A stretch of DNA of 44,742 bases. It comes from Actinomycetes bacterium. Lineage in GTDB: Bacteria; Actinomycetota; Actinomycetes; Actinomycetales; Microbacteriaceae. The position numbers and the translations under genes were made by a program. Location of the stretch: positions 1 through 44,742 of the forward strand of contig JAEWKY010000268.1 in NCBI GenBank assembly GCA_023457615.1, read 5' to 3'. Each line of letters opens with the position of its first letter. The first letter of the stretch is position 1. The notes below the pieces were generated by a model that was given only the letters and a program-made list of their open reading frames with translations, had not been told where the DNA came from and searched no databases. This document shows positions 27,405 to 37,836 of this stretch, in pieces.

Positions 27405-28409
27405 CTACTCCGAGGCGCGACGCACGAGCGTCGTCGGCATCATCGTGATGCGCGGCACGTCCTCGCCCTCGATGAGGCGCATGAGCAGCTCGGCCATCGT
27501 GCGGCCGACCTCGCCCTCCTCCTGATCGACCGTCGTGAGCGGCGGCAGGGCGCGCTGCGCGAAGTAGTCGTCGTCGAAGGTCACGACGCCGACGTCGTCC
27601 GGCACCGAGAGCCCCCGGGCGCGCAGCACCTGCAGCGCGCCGTCGGCCATCTGCGCGGAGGCCGCGAACAGCCCGTCGATCGGCTCGCCGCGCTCGAGCA
27701 GGCGCTCCATCGCGTGCGCGCCGGACGCGGGGGTGAAGTCGCCGTGCTCGACGAGGTCGGTCGGGATGCCGGCCGCCTCGAGCGCCGACCGCCAGCCCGA
27801 GAGGCGGTCGAGTCCGGCGGTCATGTTGGTCGGGCCGGCGACAGTGGCGATGCGCCTCCGGCCCGCGTCGATGAGCAACTGCGTGACGGAGCGCGCGGCC
27901 GCGGAGTTGTCGACGTCCACGTACACCGGATCGGGTCCGTCGTCGTGGCGCGCGGGCCGTCCGCCGAAGACGACCGGCAGCGTGCGCGAGAGGGCGACGT
28001 AGGAGCGGTCGTCCGAGTGGTGGGAGAGGATGAGCGCGCCGTCGACGTTGCCCGCCTGGAGGTAGCGGCGCGTCTTCTCCGGGTCGGTCTCCGACGCGAT
28101 GAGGAGGGTGAGGGTGTAGTTCGTCGCGGAGAGCCGCATCGCCGCGCCCTGGATCACCGAGGCGAAGTAGGGGTCGGCGAAGAACTTGGCCGTGTTCTCC
28201 GGGATGACGAGCGCGATCGACTGCGTCCGTCGCGACGCGAGCGTGCGCGCCGCGCGGTTGGGCACGTAGCCGAGCTGCTCGATCGCCGCCGTGACGGCGG
28301 CGAGCGCCTCGGGCGTGACCTTGGGAGAGTCGTTGATGACGCGCGACACCGTCGATCGAGAGACACCGGCGAGCGCCGCGACCATCTCCAACGTGGGAGT
28401 AGCCGTCAC
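27405..28409 (-). CDS. LacI-family repressor (CebR/CelR-like)
   Basis: PTLEMVAALAGVSRSTVSRVIN, YVPNRAAR, FFADPYFA. Last gene of the cellobiose operon. Confidence 0.9.
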   Translation of the reverse strand: MTATPTLEMVAALAGVSRSTVSRVINDSPKVTPEALAAVTAAIEQLGYVPNRAARTLASRRTQSIALVIPENTAKFFADPYFASVIQGAAMRLSATNYTLTLLIASETDPEKTRRYLQAGNVDGALILSHHSDDRSYVALSRTLPVVFGGRPARHDDGPDPVYVDVDNSAAARSVTQLLIDAGRRRIATVAGPTNMTAGLDRLSGWRSALEAAGIPTDLVEHGDFTPASGAHAMERLLERGEPIDGLFAASAQMADGALQVLRARGLSVPDDVGVVTFDDDYFAQRALPPLTTVDQEEGEVGRTMAELLMRLIEGEDVPRITMMPTTLVRRASE

Positions 28410-29842
28410 GGAGCGATCCTAGAGTCGCGGATGATCTCCGCGAAGGTCCGGCCGGAATCCTTCACCGTGCGCACCTGGGTGTCGTAGTCGACGTGGACGA
28501 TGCCGAAGCGCTTGTCGTAGCCCCACGCCCACTCGAAGTTGTCCAGCAGCGACCAGGCGAAGTAGCCGCGCACGTCGGCGCCGGCCTCGATGGCCTCGGC
28601 GATCGCGGCGAGGTGACGCACGAGGTAGTCGACGCGCTGGGGGTCGGCGACGCGTCCGTCGGCCGGCTCGGGGTCGTCGTACGACGACCCGTTCTCGGTC
28701 ACGTAGAGCGGCGGGAGGTTGTCGTACTCGGCGCCGAGCCGCTCGAGCAGCACGCGCAGACCGTCGGGGTTCACCTCCCAGCCCATCGCGGTGCGCGGGA
28801 GGTCGCGCGCCGGGAACGTGAGACCGGGCGAGCCGACGAAGGGCGACGACAGCGGCTTCTCGACCGGGCGGATCGACGGCGGCTGCGGCGTCGTGACGGG
28901 GCGGCCCGACACCTGGTCGTCGTGGTAGTGGTTCACGCCGAGGAAGTCGATCGGCTGATGGATCACCGCGAGGTCGCCGTCGTGCACGAGCTCCTCGAAG
29001 CCGTGACCGGCCACGTCCTCGACGAAGTCGGCGGGGTACGACCCGCGCAGGAGCGGGTCGAGGAACGCGCGGTTCCATAGGGCGTCGACGCGACGCGCGG
29101 CGTCGAGGTCGGCGGCATCCGTCGGGTCGAGCGGCACGGCGTTGGTGAGGTTCAGCGTGATGCCGAGCCGGGCGGCCCCCGCCCCACGCAGCTCCCGCAC
29201 CACGAGGCCGTGGGCGAGGTGCTGGTGATGGAGCGCTCCGAGGGCCGCCCGGGGTTCTTGACGACCCGGGGCGTGCTCGCCGCCCGCGTAGCCGATGAAG
29301 GACGAGCAGAACGGCTCGTTGAAGGTCGTCCAGTCGTGCACGCGGTCGCCGAGCACCTGGTGCACGCCGACGGCGTAGTCGAGGAACCGCTCGGCGGTGT
29401 CGCGCGACGCCCAGCCGCCCCGCTCCTCGACCGCCTGGGGGAGGTCCCAGTGGTAGAGGGTGAGCCAGGGCAGGATGCCGGCCTCGAGGAGCTCGTCGAC
29501 GAGGCGCGAGTAGAAGTCGAGCCCCTTCTTGTTGAACTCGCGGTCGCCGGGCTTGACCCGCGCCCACGAGACCGAGAAGCGGTAGGAGTCGAGGCCGAGC
29601 TCCTTCATGAGCGCGACGTCCTGCGGCATCCGGTGGTAGTGGTCGACGGCCGTCTCGGGGGTGTCCCCCCGCGCGATGTTGCCGGGCACGCGCGCGAAGG
29701 CATCCCAGATGGAGTCCTCCTTGCCGTCCTCGTGCGCCGCGCCCTCGATCTGGGCGGCCGCGGTCGCCGCGCCCCAGACGAAGCCGGTGGGCCAGCGGAA
29801 GCCGGTGGGCAGGGTGAGGCCCTGAGCCTGCTCGAGCGTCAT
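28406..29842 (-). CDS. GH1 beta-glucosidase (BglC-like)
   Basis: FVWGAATAAAQIEGA, YRFSVSW, LYHWDLPQ, acid/base TFNEP, nucleophile VTENG, DNFEWAWG. Confidence 0.95.
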   Translation of the reverse strand: MTLEQAQGLTLPTGFRWPTGFVWGAATAAAQIEGAAHEDGKEDSIWDAFARVPGNIARGDTPETAVDHYHRMPQDVALMKELGLDSYRFSVSWARVKPGDREFNKKGLDFYSRLVDELLEAGILPWLTLYHWDLPQAVEERGGWASRDTAERFLDYAVGVHQVLGDRVHDWTTFNEPFCSSFIGYAGGEHAPGRQEPRAALGALHHQHLAHGLVVRELRGAGAARLGITLNLTNAVPLDPTDAADLDAARRVDALWNRAFLDPLLRGSYPADFVEDVAGHGFEELVHDGDLAVIHQPIDFLGVNHYHDDQVSGRPVTTPQPPSIRPVEKPLSSPFVGSPGLTFPARDLPRTAMGWEVNPDGLRVLLERLGAEYDNLPPLYVTENGSSYDDPEPADGRVADPQRVDYLVRHLAAIAEAIEAGADVRGYFAWSLLDNFEWAWGYDKRFGIVHVDYDTQVRTVKDSGRTFAEIIRDSRIAP

Positions 29843-30753
29843 CAGCCCTTCACCGCCCCGGACATGATGCCGCTGATGAGCTGACGGCCGGCGATGAGGA
29901 ACAGCACGAGCAGCGGGAGGATCGAGATGACCGCGCCCGCGAGCACCATCGAGTGGTCGGGCGTGTGCCCGCCCGAGGCGTTGAGCGCCGCGAGCGCCGT
30001 CTGCACGCTCGGATTCTTGGGCCCGAGCACGAGCAGGGGCCAGAGGAAGTCGGTCCACGCGGCCATGAAGATGAAGAGCCCGAGCACGGCCATCGCCGGC
30101 CGCGCCGCCGGGATGGCGACGTTCCAGAACGTGCGCCACATCGACGCGCCGTCCATGCGGGCGGCCTCGATGAGCTCGTCGGGGATCGTGTCGACGAGGT
30201 ACTGCCGCATGAAGAACACTCCGAAGGCGCTCACGAGACCCGGGATGATGACGGCGCCGAGCGTGTTGGTGAGCTTGAGCTCGGCGGTGAGCATGAACAG
30301 GGGGATGATGCCGAGCTGCGTCGGGATCGCCATGGTCGCGATGACGGCGAGCATGAGCCCGTTGCGGCCTCGGAAGTTGAGCTTCGCGAAGGCGTAGCCG
30401 GCGAGCGTCGAGAAGAAGACGACGGAGACGGCGATGGTGCCCGAGATGATGAAGCTGTTGAGCAGGGCCTTCGCGAAGTCGACCGTCGCGAACGCCTTCA
30501 TGACGTTCTCGAGGAAGTTCGGGCCGGGGATCACGACGGGAGGCACGGCGTTGATGTCGGACGCCTGGCGGCTGCCCATCACGAACGACCACCAGAGCGG
30601 GAACGCGCCGCCGAGGAAGAAGGCGGTGAGCAGGCCGTAGGTGAGCCAGCCCGGACGGTCGTAGAACTTCGTCCGGCGCTGACGCGACTCGCGGCCCCCG
30701 CGCACGGCGACGGTGGTGGCGCCCAGCGGCGGGCGGGTGACGGTGGTGGTCAT
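29842..30753 (-). CDS. carbohydrate ABC transporter permease (CebG-like)
   Basis: LAGYAFAKLNFRGR and EAA loop IPDELIEAARMDGA. Confidence 0.92.
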   Translation of the reverse strand: MTTTVTRPPLGATTVAVRGGRESRQRRTKFYDRPGWLTYGLLTAFFLGGAFPLWWSFVMGSRQASDINAVPPVVIPGPNFLENVMKAFATVDFAKALLNSFIISGTIAVSVVFFSTLAGYAFAKLNFRGRNGLMLAVIATMAIPTQLGIIPLFMLTAELKLTNTLGAVIIPGLVSAFGVFFMRQYLVDTIPDELIEAARMDGASMWRTFWNVAIPAARPAMAVLGLFIFMAAWTDFLWPLLVLGPKNPSVQTALAALNASGGHTPDHSMVLAGAVISILPLLVLFLIAGRQLISGIMSGAVKG

Positions 30754-31748
30754 CGGCGGGCTCCGTTCGACTCGAGCGCGGCGGTCTTCGGCGCACGCAC
30801 CGAGCGCCGGACGTCTTGCGAGGCGATCGCGCGGGAGAGCATGTAGTTGATGAGTCCGATCAGCACGATGATGAGGAACAGGATCCAGGCGGTCGCCGCC
30901 GCGCGGCCGAAGTCGCGCCGCGGGAAGGCCATCTCGTACAGATAGAGCACGATCGTCTGGAACTGGCGGTTCGAGCCGCCGTTCGACTGGCCGTCGAAGA
31001 GCTTCGGCTCGGTGAAGATCTGCAGGCCGCCGATCGTCGAGGTGATGATGACGAAGATCATCGTCGGGCGGATCATCGGGATCGTGATCGACCAGAAGCG
31101 GCGGATGCGGCCGGCGCCGTCGAGCGCGGCCGACTCGTACACGTCGCGCGGGATGGCCTGCATCGCCGCGAGCAGGATGAGCGCGTTGTAGCCGGTCCAG
31201 CGCCAGTTGACCATCGACGCGATCGCGATGTGCGAGGGGAAGACGTCGTAGCCCCAGCGGATCGGCTCGAGGCCGAGGAGGTCGGTCAGCCCCGTGATGG
31301 GGCCGCCGAACTGGTTGAACACCTGCGTGAAGATGACGGCGACCGCGACGGGGGCGGCGATGTAGGGGAGCAGGATGCTCATGCGCCAGAACGTGCTCGC
31401 GCGGATGGCCTGGTCGAGCAGCGCGGCGATGATCGTCGCGAAGATGAGCTGCGGCACGGCGGACAGCAGGAAGATGCTGAAGGTGTTGAAGGTCGCGTTC
31501 CAGAACAGCGGGTCCGTGAGGGTGGTCACGTAGTTCTGGAGGCCGATGAAGTCGCCCTGGCCCTTGAGCAGGTTCCACTCGTAGAGCGAGACGTTGATCG
31601 TGTAGAGGATCGGGAACGCACCGAGCGCCGCGAAGAGCAGGAAGAACGGCGAGATGTAGAGGTACGGCGACGCCTTGAAGTCGAAGTTCGAGAGCCTCTG
31701 CCGGAAGGTCAGGCCGCTCGACCGACCCTCGGTCTGGAGTGCGCTCAT
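30750..31748 (-). CDS. carbohydrate ABC transporter permease (CebF-like)
   Basis: PYLYISPFF, WRWTGYN, YESAALDGA, LQIFTEP. Confidence 0.92.
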   Translation of the reverse strand: MSALQTEGRSSGLTFRQRLSNFDFKASPYLYISPFFLLFAALGAFPILYTINVSLYEWNLLKGQGDFIGLQNYVTTLTDPLFWNATFNTFSIFLLSAVPQLIFATIIAALLDQAIRASTFWRMSILLPYIAAPVAVAVIFTQVFNQFGGPITGLTDLLGLEPIRWGYDVFPSHIAIASMVNWRWTGYNALILLAAMQAIPRDVYESAALDGAGRIRRFWSITIPMIRPTMIFVIITSTIGGLQIFTEPKLFDGQSNGGSNRQFQTIVLYLYEMAFPRRDFGRAAATAWILFLIIVLIGLINYMLSRAIASQDVRRSVRAPKTAALESNGARR

Positions 31749-31780
31749 CGTGATGCCTTATCTGGTGCGGTGGGGGAGGG

Positions 31781-31816
31781 GAGCGGCCCCCTGGATGGTG
31801 CGCCAGGGGGCCGCTC
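31781..31816. other. intercistronic 14-bp perfect stem-loop after the sugar-binding protein gene
   Basis: GAGCGGCCCCCTGG-n8-CCAGGGGGCCGCTC. Typical position for a partial terminator/mRNA stabiliser that raises SBP:permease ratio. Confidence 0.75.
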
Positions 31817-31832
31817 TAGAGGTGTTACCTGA

Positions 31833-33113
31833 TCAGCTGATGCCGAGGTTGCGCAGGTTGGTCAGCGCGGCCTCCCAGGCGGCGTCACCCGTGGTGATCT
31901 CGCCCTGGCTGATCGAGTCCAGCACCGGTCCGAAGACGTTGTCCTGGATGTTCGAGTCCTCCGGACCCTTCACCTGGGCGACGACGCCCTGGGCGCGGTT
32001 CGTGAAGATCTCGCCCACGGGCGCGTCGTTGAAGAACGCGCTCGTCGAGTCGGCGACGAGGGCCTGGCCCTCGGCACGCGACGGGAACGGACCCGCGGCC
32101 TCGAACGCGGCGGCCTGCTGCTCGGGGGCGGCGAGCCAGAGCGCGAGCTCGGCCGCAGCCTCCTTGTGCTCCGACGACTCGGAGACACCCAGGAACGCGC
32201 CACCCCAGTTGGCGGCACCGCCGGGCAGGACGTCAGCGAAGTCCCAGCCCGTGCCGGTCGTGCCGGCGTCGTAGTAGCCGCTCACGACACCGAGCATCCA
32301 CGACGGGCAGACGTAGACGGCGAACTCGTCGGCCTTCGCCTGCTCGCCGACGCCCCACGCGGGGAGGCCGGCGCCGATGTTGGCGTTCGCGACGATGAGG
32401 TCGAGCTGAGCCTGCATGGCCTCGTTGCCCTCGATGTTGAGGGTCTCACCGTCGGCCTTGTAGTAGCCCTCCTCCTGCTGGTTCACGAAGGAGTTCCACA
32501 TGAAGGACGGGTTGTGGAAGAACGGCTTGCCCGAGGCGGTCGTGTACTCCTGGCCGAACTCGAAGAACGACTCCCAGGTCGCGTCCTCGCCGCCGAGCGC
32601 CTCGGCGAAGCCCTCGCGGTCGCCCGGGAGGCCGGCGGCCTCGAGGAGGTCGCCGCGGAAGCACAGGCCCTGCGGTCCGATGTCGAGGCCGGCGCCGAAG
32701 ACGCGTCCCTCGCCGTCGGTGCCCTGGGCGAACTTCCAGTCGAGCCAGTCCGACTCCTCGATGCCGTAGTCGCGCAGGTCGACGAACGCGTCGGACACCT
32801 CGCGGATCGTGGAGAGCCAGCCCTCCTCGATCGCGACGATGTCGGTGAGGCCCGTGCCGGCGGCGATCTTCGCGTACGCGTCGTCGCGCGCGGCGCCACC
32901 GTTCTCGAGGTTGGTCGCCTCGATCGTGATGTTCGGGTGCTCGGCCATGTAGGCGTCGTAGTTCACGTCGATGCCCATGGTGCCGAACGTGGTGATGGTG
33001 AGGGTGATGTCCTCGCCCTCGTCCGACGGCCCGGCGGTGCAGCCGGTCAGGACGAGGGAGAGGGCGGCGACGCTCGCAGCTGCGGTCGCCACGGCGGGAC
33101 GTGAGATTCTCAC
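31833..33113 (-). CDS. cellobiose/cello-oligosaccharide ABC substrate-binding lipoprotein (CebE-like)
   Basis: Lipobox LTGC, DIGPQGLCFRGD, NWGGAFL. GTG at 33113 follows AAGGAG. CebR box upstream. Confidence 0.87.
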   Translation of the reverse strand: MRISRPAVATAAASVAALSLVLTGCTAGPSDEGEDITLTITTFGTMGIDVNYDAYMAEHPNITIEATNLENGGAARDDAYAKIAAGTGLTDIVAIEEGWLSTIREVSDAFVDLRDYGIEESDWLDWKFAQGTDGEGRVFGAGLDIGPQGLCFRGDLLEAAGLPGDREGFAEALGGEDATWESFFEFGQEYTTASGKPFFHNPSFMWNSFVNQQEEGYYKADGETLNIEGNEAMQAQLDLIVANANIGAGLPAWGVGEQAKADEFAVYVCPSWMLGVVSGYYDAGTTGTGWDFADVLPGGAANWGGAFLGVSESSEHKEAAAELALWLAAPEQQAAAFEAAGPFPSRAEGQALVADSTSAFFNDAPVGEIFTNRAQGVVAQVKGPEDSNIQDNVFGPVLDSISQGEITTGDAAWEAALTNLRNLGIS

Positions 33114-33156
33114 GGTCACTCCTTTGTGTGTGTGCGCGGTGGGGATGGAAGCGTCG

Positions 33157-33170
33157 TGGGAGCGCTCTCA
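33157..33170. promoter_or_regulatory. CebR/CelR box
   Basis: TGGGAGCGCTCTCA, 13/14 identical to the established TGGGAGCGCTCCCA operator. Confidence 0.85.
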
Positions 33171-33182
33171 CGAACGAGCCAC

Positions 33183-33212
33183 AATGTACGCAGGCCGCGT
33201 CCGTGATGTCAA
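33183..33212 (-). promoter_or_regulatory. housekeeping-sigma promoter of the ceb operon
   Basis: TTGACA-18 nt-TACATT on the minus strand, 12 bp upstream of the CebR box. Confidence 0.75.
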
Positions 33213-33215
33213 CAA

Positions 33216-33251
33216 CGAGAAACCCCCGACCAGGAAAGTCCTGATCGGGGG
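33216..33251 (-). terminator. intrinsic terminator of the DHA2 MFS gene
   Basis: CCCCCGATCAGGA-CTT-TCCTGGTCGGGGG followed by TTTCTCG on the minus strand. Confidence 0.75.
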
Positions 33252-33265
33252 CCTCTTCGCGAAAC

Positions 33266-35188
33266 TCAGCGACGCGCCGGCTCGGCCGTGTCGTCCGCCT
33301 CCTCGACGTCGGCCGCGAGGCCGGGCGCCGCGTACGCGCCGACCGTGTTGGCCGCCTCCTGGGCGTCCATCGCGAGCTCGTCGGCGAGGGCGTCGCCGCT
33401 CTCCGCGAGCCGCGCGTCGTGCGCCTCCTGCACGGCCGACTTGTCGCGCAGCGGTTGGGCCCGCAGGAAGAACGAGAGCACGAACGAGACCGCGACGACC
33501 GCCGCCGCGACCCAGAACACCGTCACCGTGGCGCTCGCGAAACCGTCGAGGAACGGCGCCGAGAGCGCGGGATCGGCGGTGTTCAGGAACGACGTGTCGC
33601 CGTTGAGCGAGGTGCCGACCGAGCCGCCGTCCGAGGGGAGTCCGTCGCCCAAGGCGGCCACGAGCTGATCGACCACGCCGCCGCGCGTCGCGTCGTCGGC
33701 GAGGTCGACGCCGGGCGGCAGCTGCGAGGTCACCTGCGCGACGATCGGGTCGTAGATCGCCTCCATGATCCCCGCGTTCTGCGTGGCGGAGGCGACCGCC
33801 GGGTCGAGTGCGGCGTCGAGCGCCGTGCGCACGAGATCGGTCTTCCCGAACGCCGCGGCGATCGTCTCCGGGAGCCGGCTGAACAGCACCGAGAAGATGA
33901 CGGCGACGCCCACGGTGCCGCCCATCTGGCGGAAGAACGTGGAGGCCGAGGTCGCCACGCCCATGTCGCGCACGCCGACGGCGTTCTGGCTCGCCAGGGT
34001 GAGGGTCTGCATGAGCTGACCGAGCCCGAGACCGGCGCCCAGCATCCCGACCATGATCACCCAGACGGGCGTCGTGTAGTTCGCGACGAGGGCGAGGAAC
34101 GCGAACGAGGCCGCGAGCAGACCCGTGCCGAGGATCGGGAAGAGGCGGTAGCTGCCGGTGCGCGCGATGAGCTGGCCGCTCGCGATCGACGAGATCATGA
34201 GCCCGAGCACGAGCGGGATCATGAAGAGCCCCGCCTCGGTCGGCGTCGCTCCGTTGACGAGCTGCAGGTAGAGCGGCAGCGACATCATCGCGCCGAACAT
34301 GCCGAAGCCGACCAGGATGCCGAGCACGGTCGCCATGGAGAACGTCGGCGACCGGAACAGCTTGAGCGGCAGCAGGGCGTCGTCGCCCATCGCGCGCTCG
34401 ACGAGCACGAACGCGATGAGGCCGACCACGCCGACGATGTAGCACGCGAAGGCGATCGGCGACGACCAGCCCCACTCGCGACCCTGCTCCGCGATGAGGA
34501 GCAGCGGCACGATGCCGATCACGATCGTCGCGGCGCCCCACCAGTCGATGCGCACCCTGCCGTGCGCGTGACGCGGGATGTGCAGGTAGGCGAGCACGAG
34601 GGCGAGCGCCCCGACGCCGATCGGCAGGTTGACGAAGAACACCCAGCGCCAGCCCTCGACGAAGAGGATCTCGGCCTGGCCGGCGAAGAGTCCGCCGATG
34701 AGCGGGCCGAGCACGCTCGAGACGCCGAAGACGGCGAGGAAGTAGCCCTGGTACTTGGCGCGCTCGCGCGGGGCGAGGATGTCGCCCATGATCGTGAGCG
34801 GGAGCGACATGAGGCCGCCGGCGCCGAGGCCCTGCACGGCGCGGTAGATCGCGAGCTCGTACATCGTGTTGGCGAAGCCGCAGAGCAGCGACCCGACGAG
34901 GAACAGCACGATCGCGATGATGAAGAGCGGACGGCGGCCGAAGAGGTCGCTGAGCTTGCCGTAGATCGGCGTCGTGATCGTCGAGACGATGAGGAACGCC
35001 GTCGTGGCCCAGGCCTGCAGATCCTGGCGGCCGAGGTCGTCGGCGATCGTGCGCATCGACGTGCCGACGACGGTCTGGTTGAGCGAGGAGAGGAACATCG
35101 CGGCCATCAGGCCGAAGATGATGAAGAGGATCTGCCGCTGGGTCAGCAGCGGCTGCCCGGTCGCGGGCGCGGTCGTCGTGGTGGACAT
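33266..35188 (-). CDS. MDR/DHA2-family MFS efflux transporter (14 TM)
   Basis: LSSLNQTVV, YGKLSDLFGRR, RAVQGLGAGG, GPLIGG, WRWVFFVNLP, FFRQMGG. Confidence 0.93.
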   Translation of the reverse strand: MSTTTTAPATGQPLLTQRQILFIIFGLMAAMFLSSLNQTVVGTSMRTIADDLGRQDLQAWATTAFLIVSTITTPIYGKLSDLFGRRPLFIIAIVLFLVGSLLCGFANTMYELAIYRAVQGLGAGGLMSLPLTIMGDILAPRERAKYQGYFLAVFGVSSVLGPLIGGLFAGQAEILFVEGWRWVFFVNLPIGVGALALVLAYLHIPRHAHGRVRIDWWGAATIVIGIVPLLLIAEQGREWGWSSPIAFACYIVGVVGLIAFVLVERAMGDDALLPLKLFRSPTFSMATVLGILVGFGMFGAMMSLPLYLQLVNGATPTEAGLFMIPLVLGLMISSIASGQLIARTGSYRLFPILGTGLLAASFAFLALVANYTTPVWVIMVGMLGAGLGLGQLMQTLTLASQNAVGVRDMGVATSASTFFRQMGGTVGVAVIFSVLFSRLPETIAAAFGKTDLVRTALDAALDPAVASATQNAGIMEAIYDPIVAQVTSQLPPGVDLADDATRGGVVDQLVAALGDGLPSDGGSVGTSLNGDTSFLNTADPALSAPFLDGFASATVTVFWVAAAVVAVSFVLSFFLRAQPLRDKSAVQEAHDARLAESGDALADELAMDAQEAANTVGAYAAPGLAADVEEADDTAEPARR

Positions 35189-35290
35189 GGGTCCTTCGTC
35201 GGAGGGAGCGGCGCGCGGAAAATTGCGCAGACTGCAAAGTTACACCCTCGGCAGACATCCGGCAACGCGGTCGGACCGTAAACTGTCGCG

Positions 35291-36130
35291 GTGACCGACC
35301 AGCCCGCCGAGCCCCCGCTGGTGCGCGTGCGGTACCGCGGTCCGACGCCGCGGCAGCGCCGCATCCGCCTCCTCGCGACGATCGCGAGCGTCGTCGTGGT
35401 GGCCGCGCTCCTCGTCACGGCCTTCGTCGTCTTCTCGCCGCGTCCGCAGACCCCGGTCGCCGAGCCGTCCGACAGTCCGACGCCCACCGGCACCCCGACG
35501 CCGACCCCCACGCCGACCCCGACCCCGACGTTCCCCATGGACCAGTACTCCCTCGACGACCCGACGAGCCCGTGGGTCGTCGTCAACAAGCAGCGCCCGC
35601 TCCAGCCGCAGGACTACGCGCCCGCCGACCTCGTGGGCCTCAGCTTCATCGACGGCGGTCAGATGCGGGCCGAGGCCGCGGGGCAGGTCGAGGCGCTCGC
35701 CGCGCAGTTCACCGCCGAGACCGGGCTGCAGTTCCGCACGATCTCGTCCTACCGCTCGTACAGCCGCCAGGTGGACGTCTACAACGGCTGGGTGTCGCAG
35801 CTCGGCCAGGAGGCCGCCGACCTCACGAGCGCGCGGCCGGGGCACAGCGAGCACCAGACCGGCATGGTCATCGACTTCGGCGCCGTCCCGGCGCAGTGCG
35901 ACCTCGACCAGTGCTTCGCCGACACGACGCAGGGGTCGTGGCTCGCCGCGAACGCCTACCAGTGGGGCTTCATCCTGCGCTACCCGGACGGCTACACCCC
36001 GATCACGGGTTACGAGTTCGAGCCGTGGCACTACCGCTACGTCGGCGTCGAGCTCGCGACCGAGATGCACGACACGGGCATCGCGACGCTCGAGGAGTTC
36101 TTCGGGCTGCCGGCCGCCCCGACGTACTGA
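35291..36130 (+). CDS. M15B family (VanY/LdcB-like) cell-wall carboxypeptidase
   Basis: TM anchor, PT linker, SSYRSY, SARPGHSEHQTG..D, EPWHYRY. GTG lies 6 nt after TAAACT. Confidence 0.9.
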   Translation: MTDQPAEPPLVRVRYRGPTPRQRRIRLLATIASVVVVAALLVTAFVVFSPRPQTPVAEPSDSPTPTGTPTPTPTPTPTPTFPMDQYSLDDPTSPWVVVNKQRPLQPQDYAPADLVGLSFIDGGQMRAEAAGQVEALAAQFTAETGLQFRTISSYRSYSRQVDVYNGWVSQLGQEAADLTSARPGHSEHQTGMVIDFGAVPAQCDLDQCFADTTQGSWLAANAYQWGFILRYPDGYTPITGYEFEPWHYRYVGVELATEMHDTGIATLEEFFGLPAAPTY

Positions 36131-36133
36131 GAC

Positions 36134-37750
<1,617 letters not shown>

Positions 37751-37772
37751 GCCCCGATCCTCGCACTTGGCG

Positions 37773-37813
37773 GGTTTCGATACACCGCCCTTGCGGGCGG
37801 CACTCAACCCGCG
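37773..37813 (-). repeat. single REP-like copy in the pgm-pheA divergent promoter region
   Basis: Reverse complement reads CGCGGGTTGAGTGCC-GCCCgcaaGGGC-GGTGTATCGAAACC. Confidence 0.88.
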
Positions 37814-37836
37814 AGGGCGGTCGCTAGTGTCTACCC

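Noticed and set aside
33125..33134. (TG)5 run in the ceb leader as a phase-variable tract
   Set aside because: Too short and outside the promoter spacer and coding frame. It reads as an unstructured CA-rich stretch before the SD.
33800..33811. CGGGTCGAGTGC match to the REP end inside the MFS gene
   Set aside because: 12-nt match explained by the codons for ALDP on the minus strand. The rest of the element is absent.
35478..35530. Tandem CCGACG/CCGACC repeats
   Set aside because: They encode a Pro-Thr linker with synonymous variation. The ATPDPS repeats in the LCP gene are the same kind of linker.
35291..36130. VanY-like peptidase as a vancomycin resistance gene
   Set aside because: No vanHAX or vanRS nearby. 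Stand-alone M15B peptidases are ordinary cell-wall enzymes.
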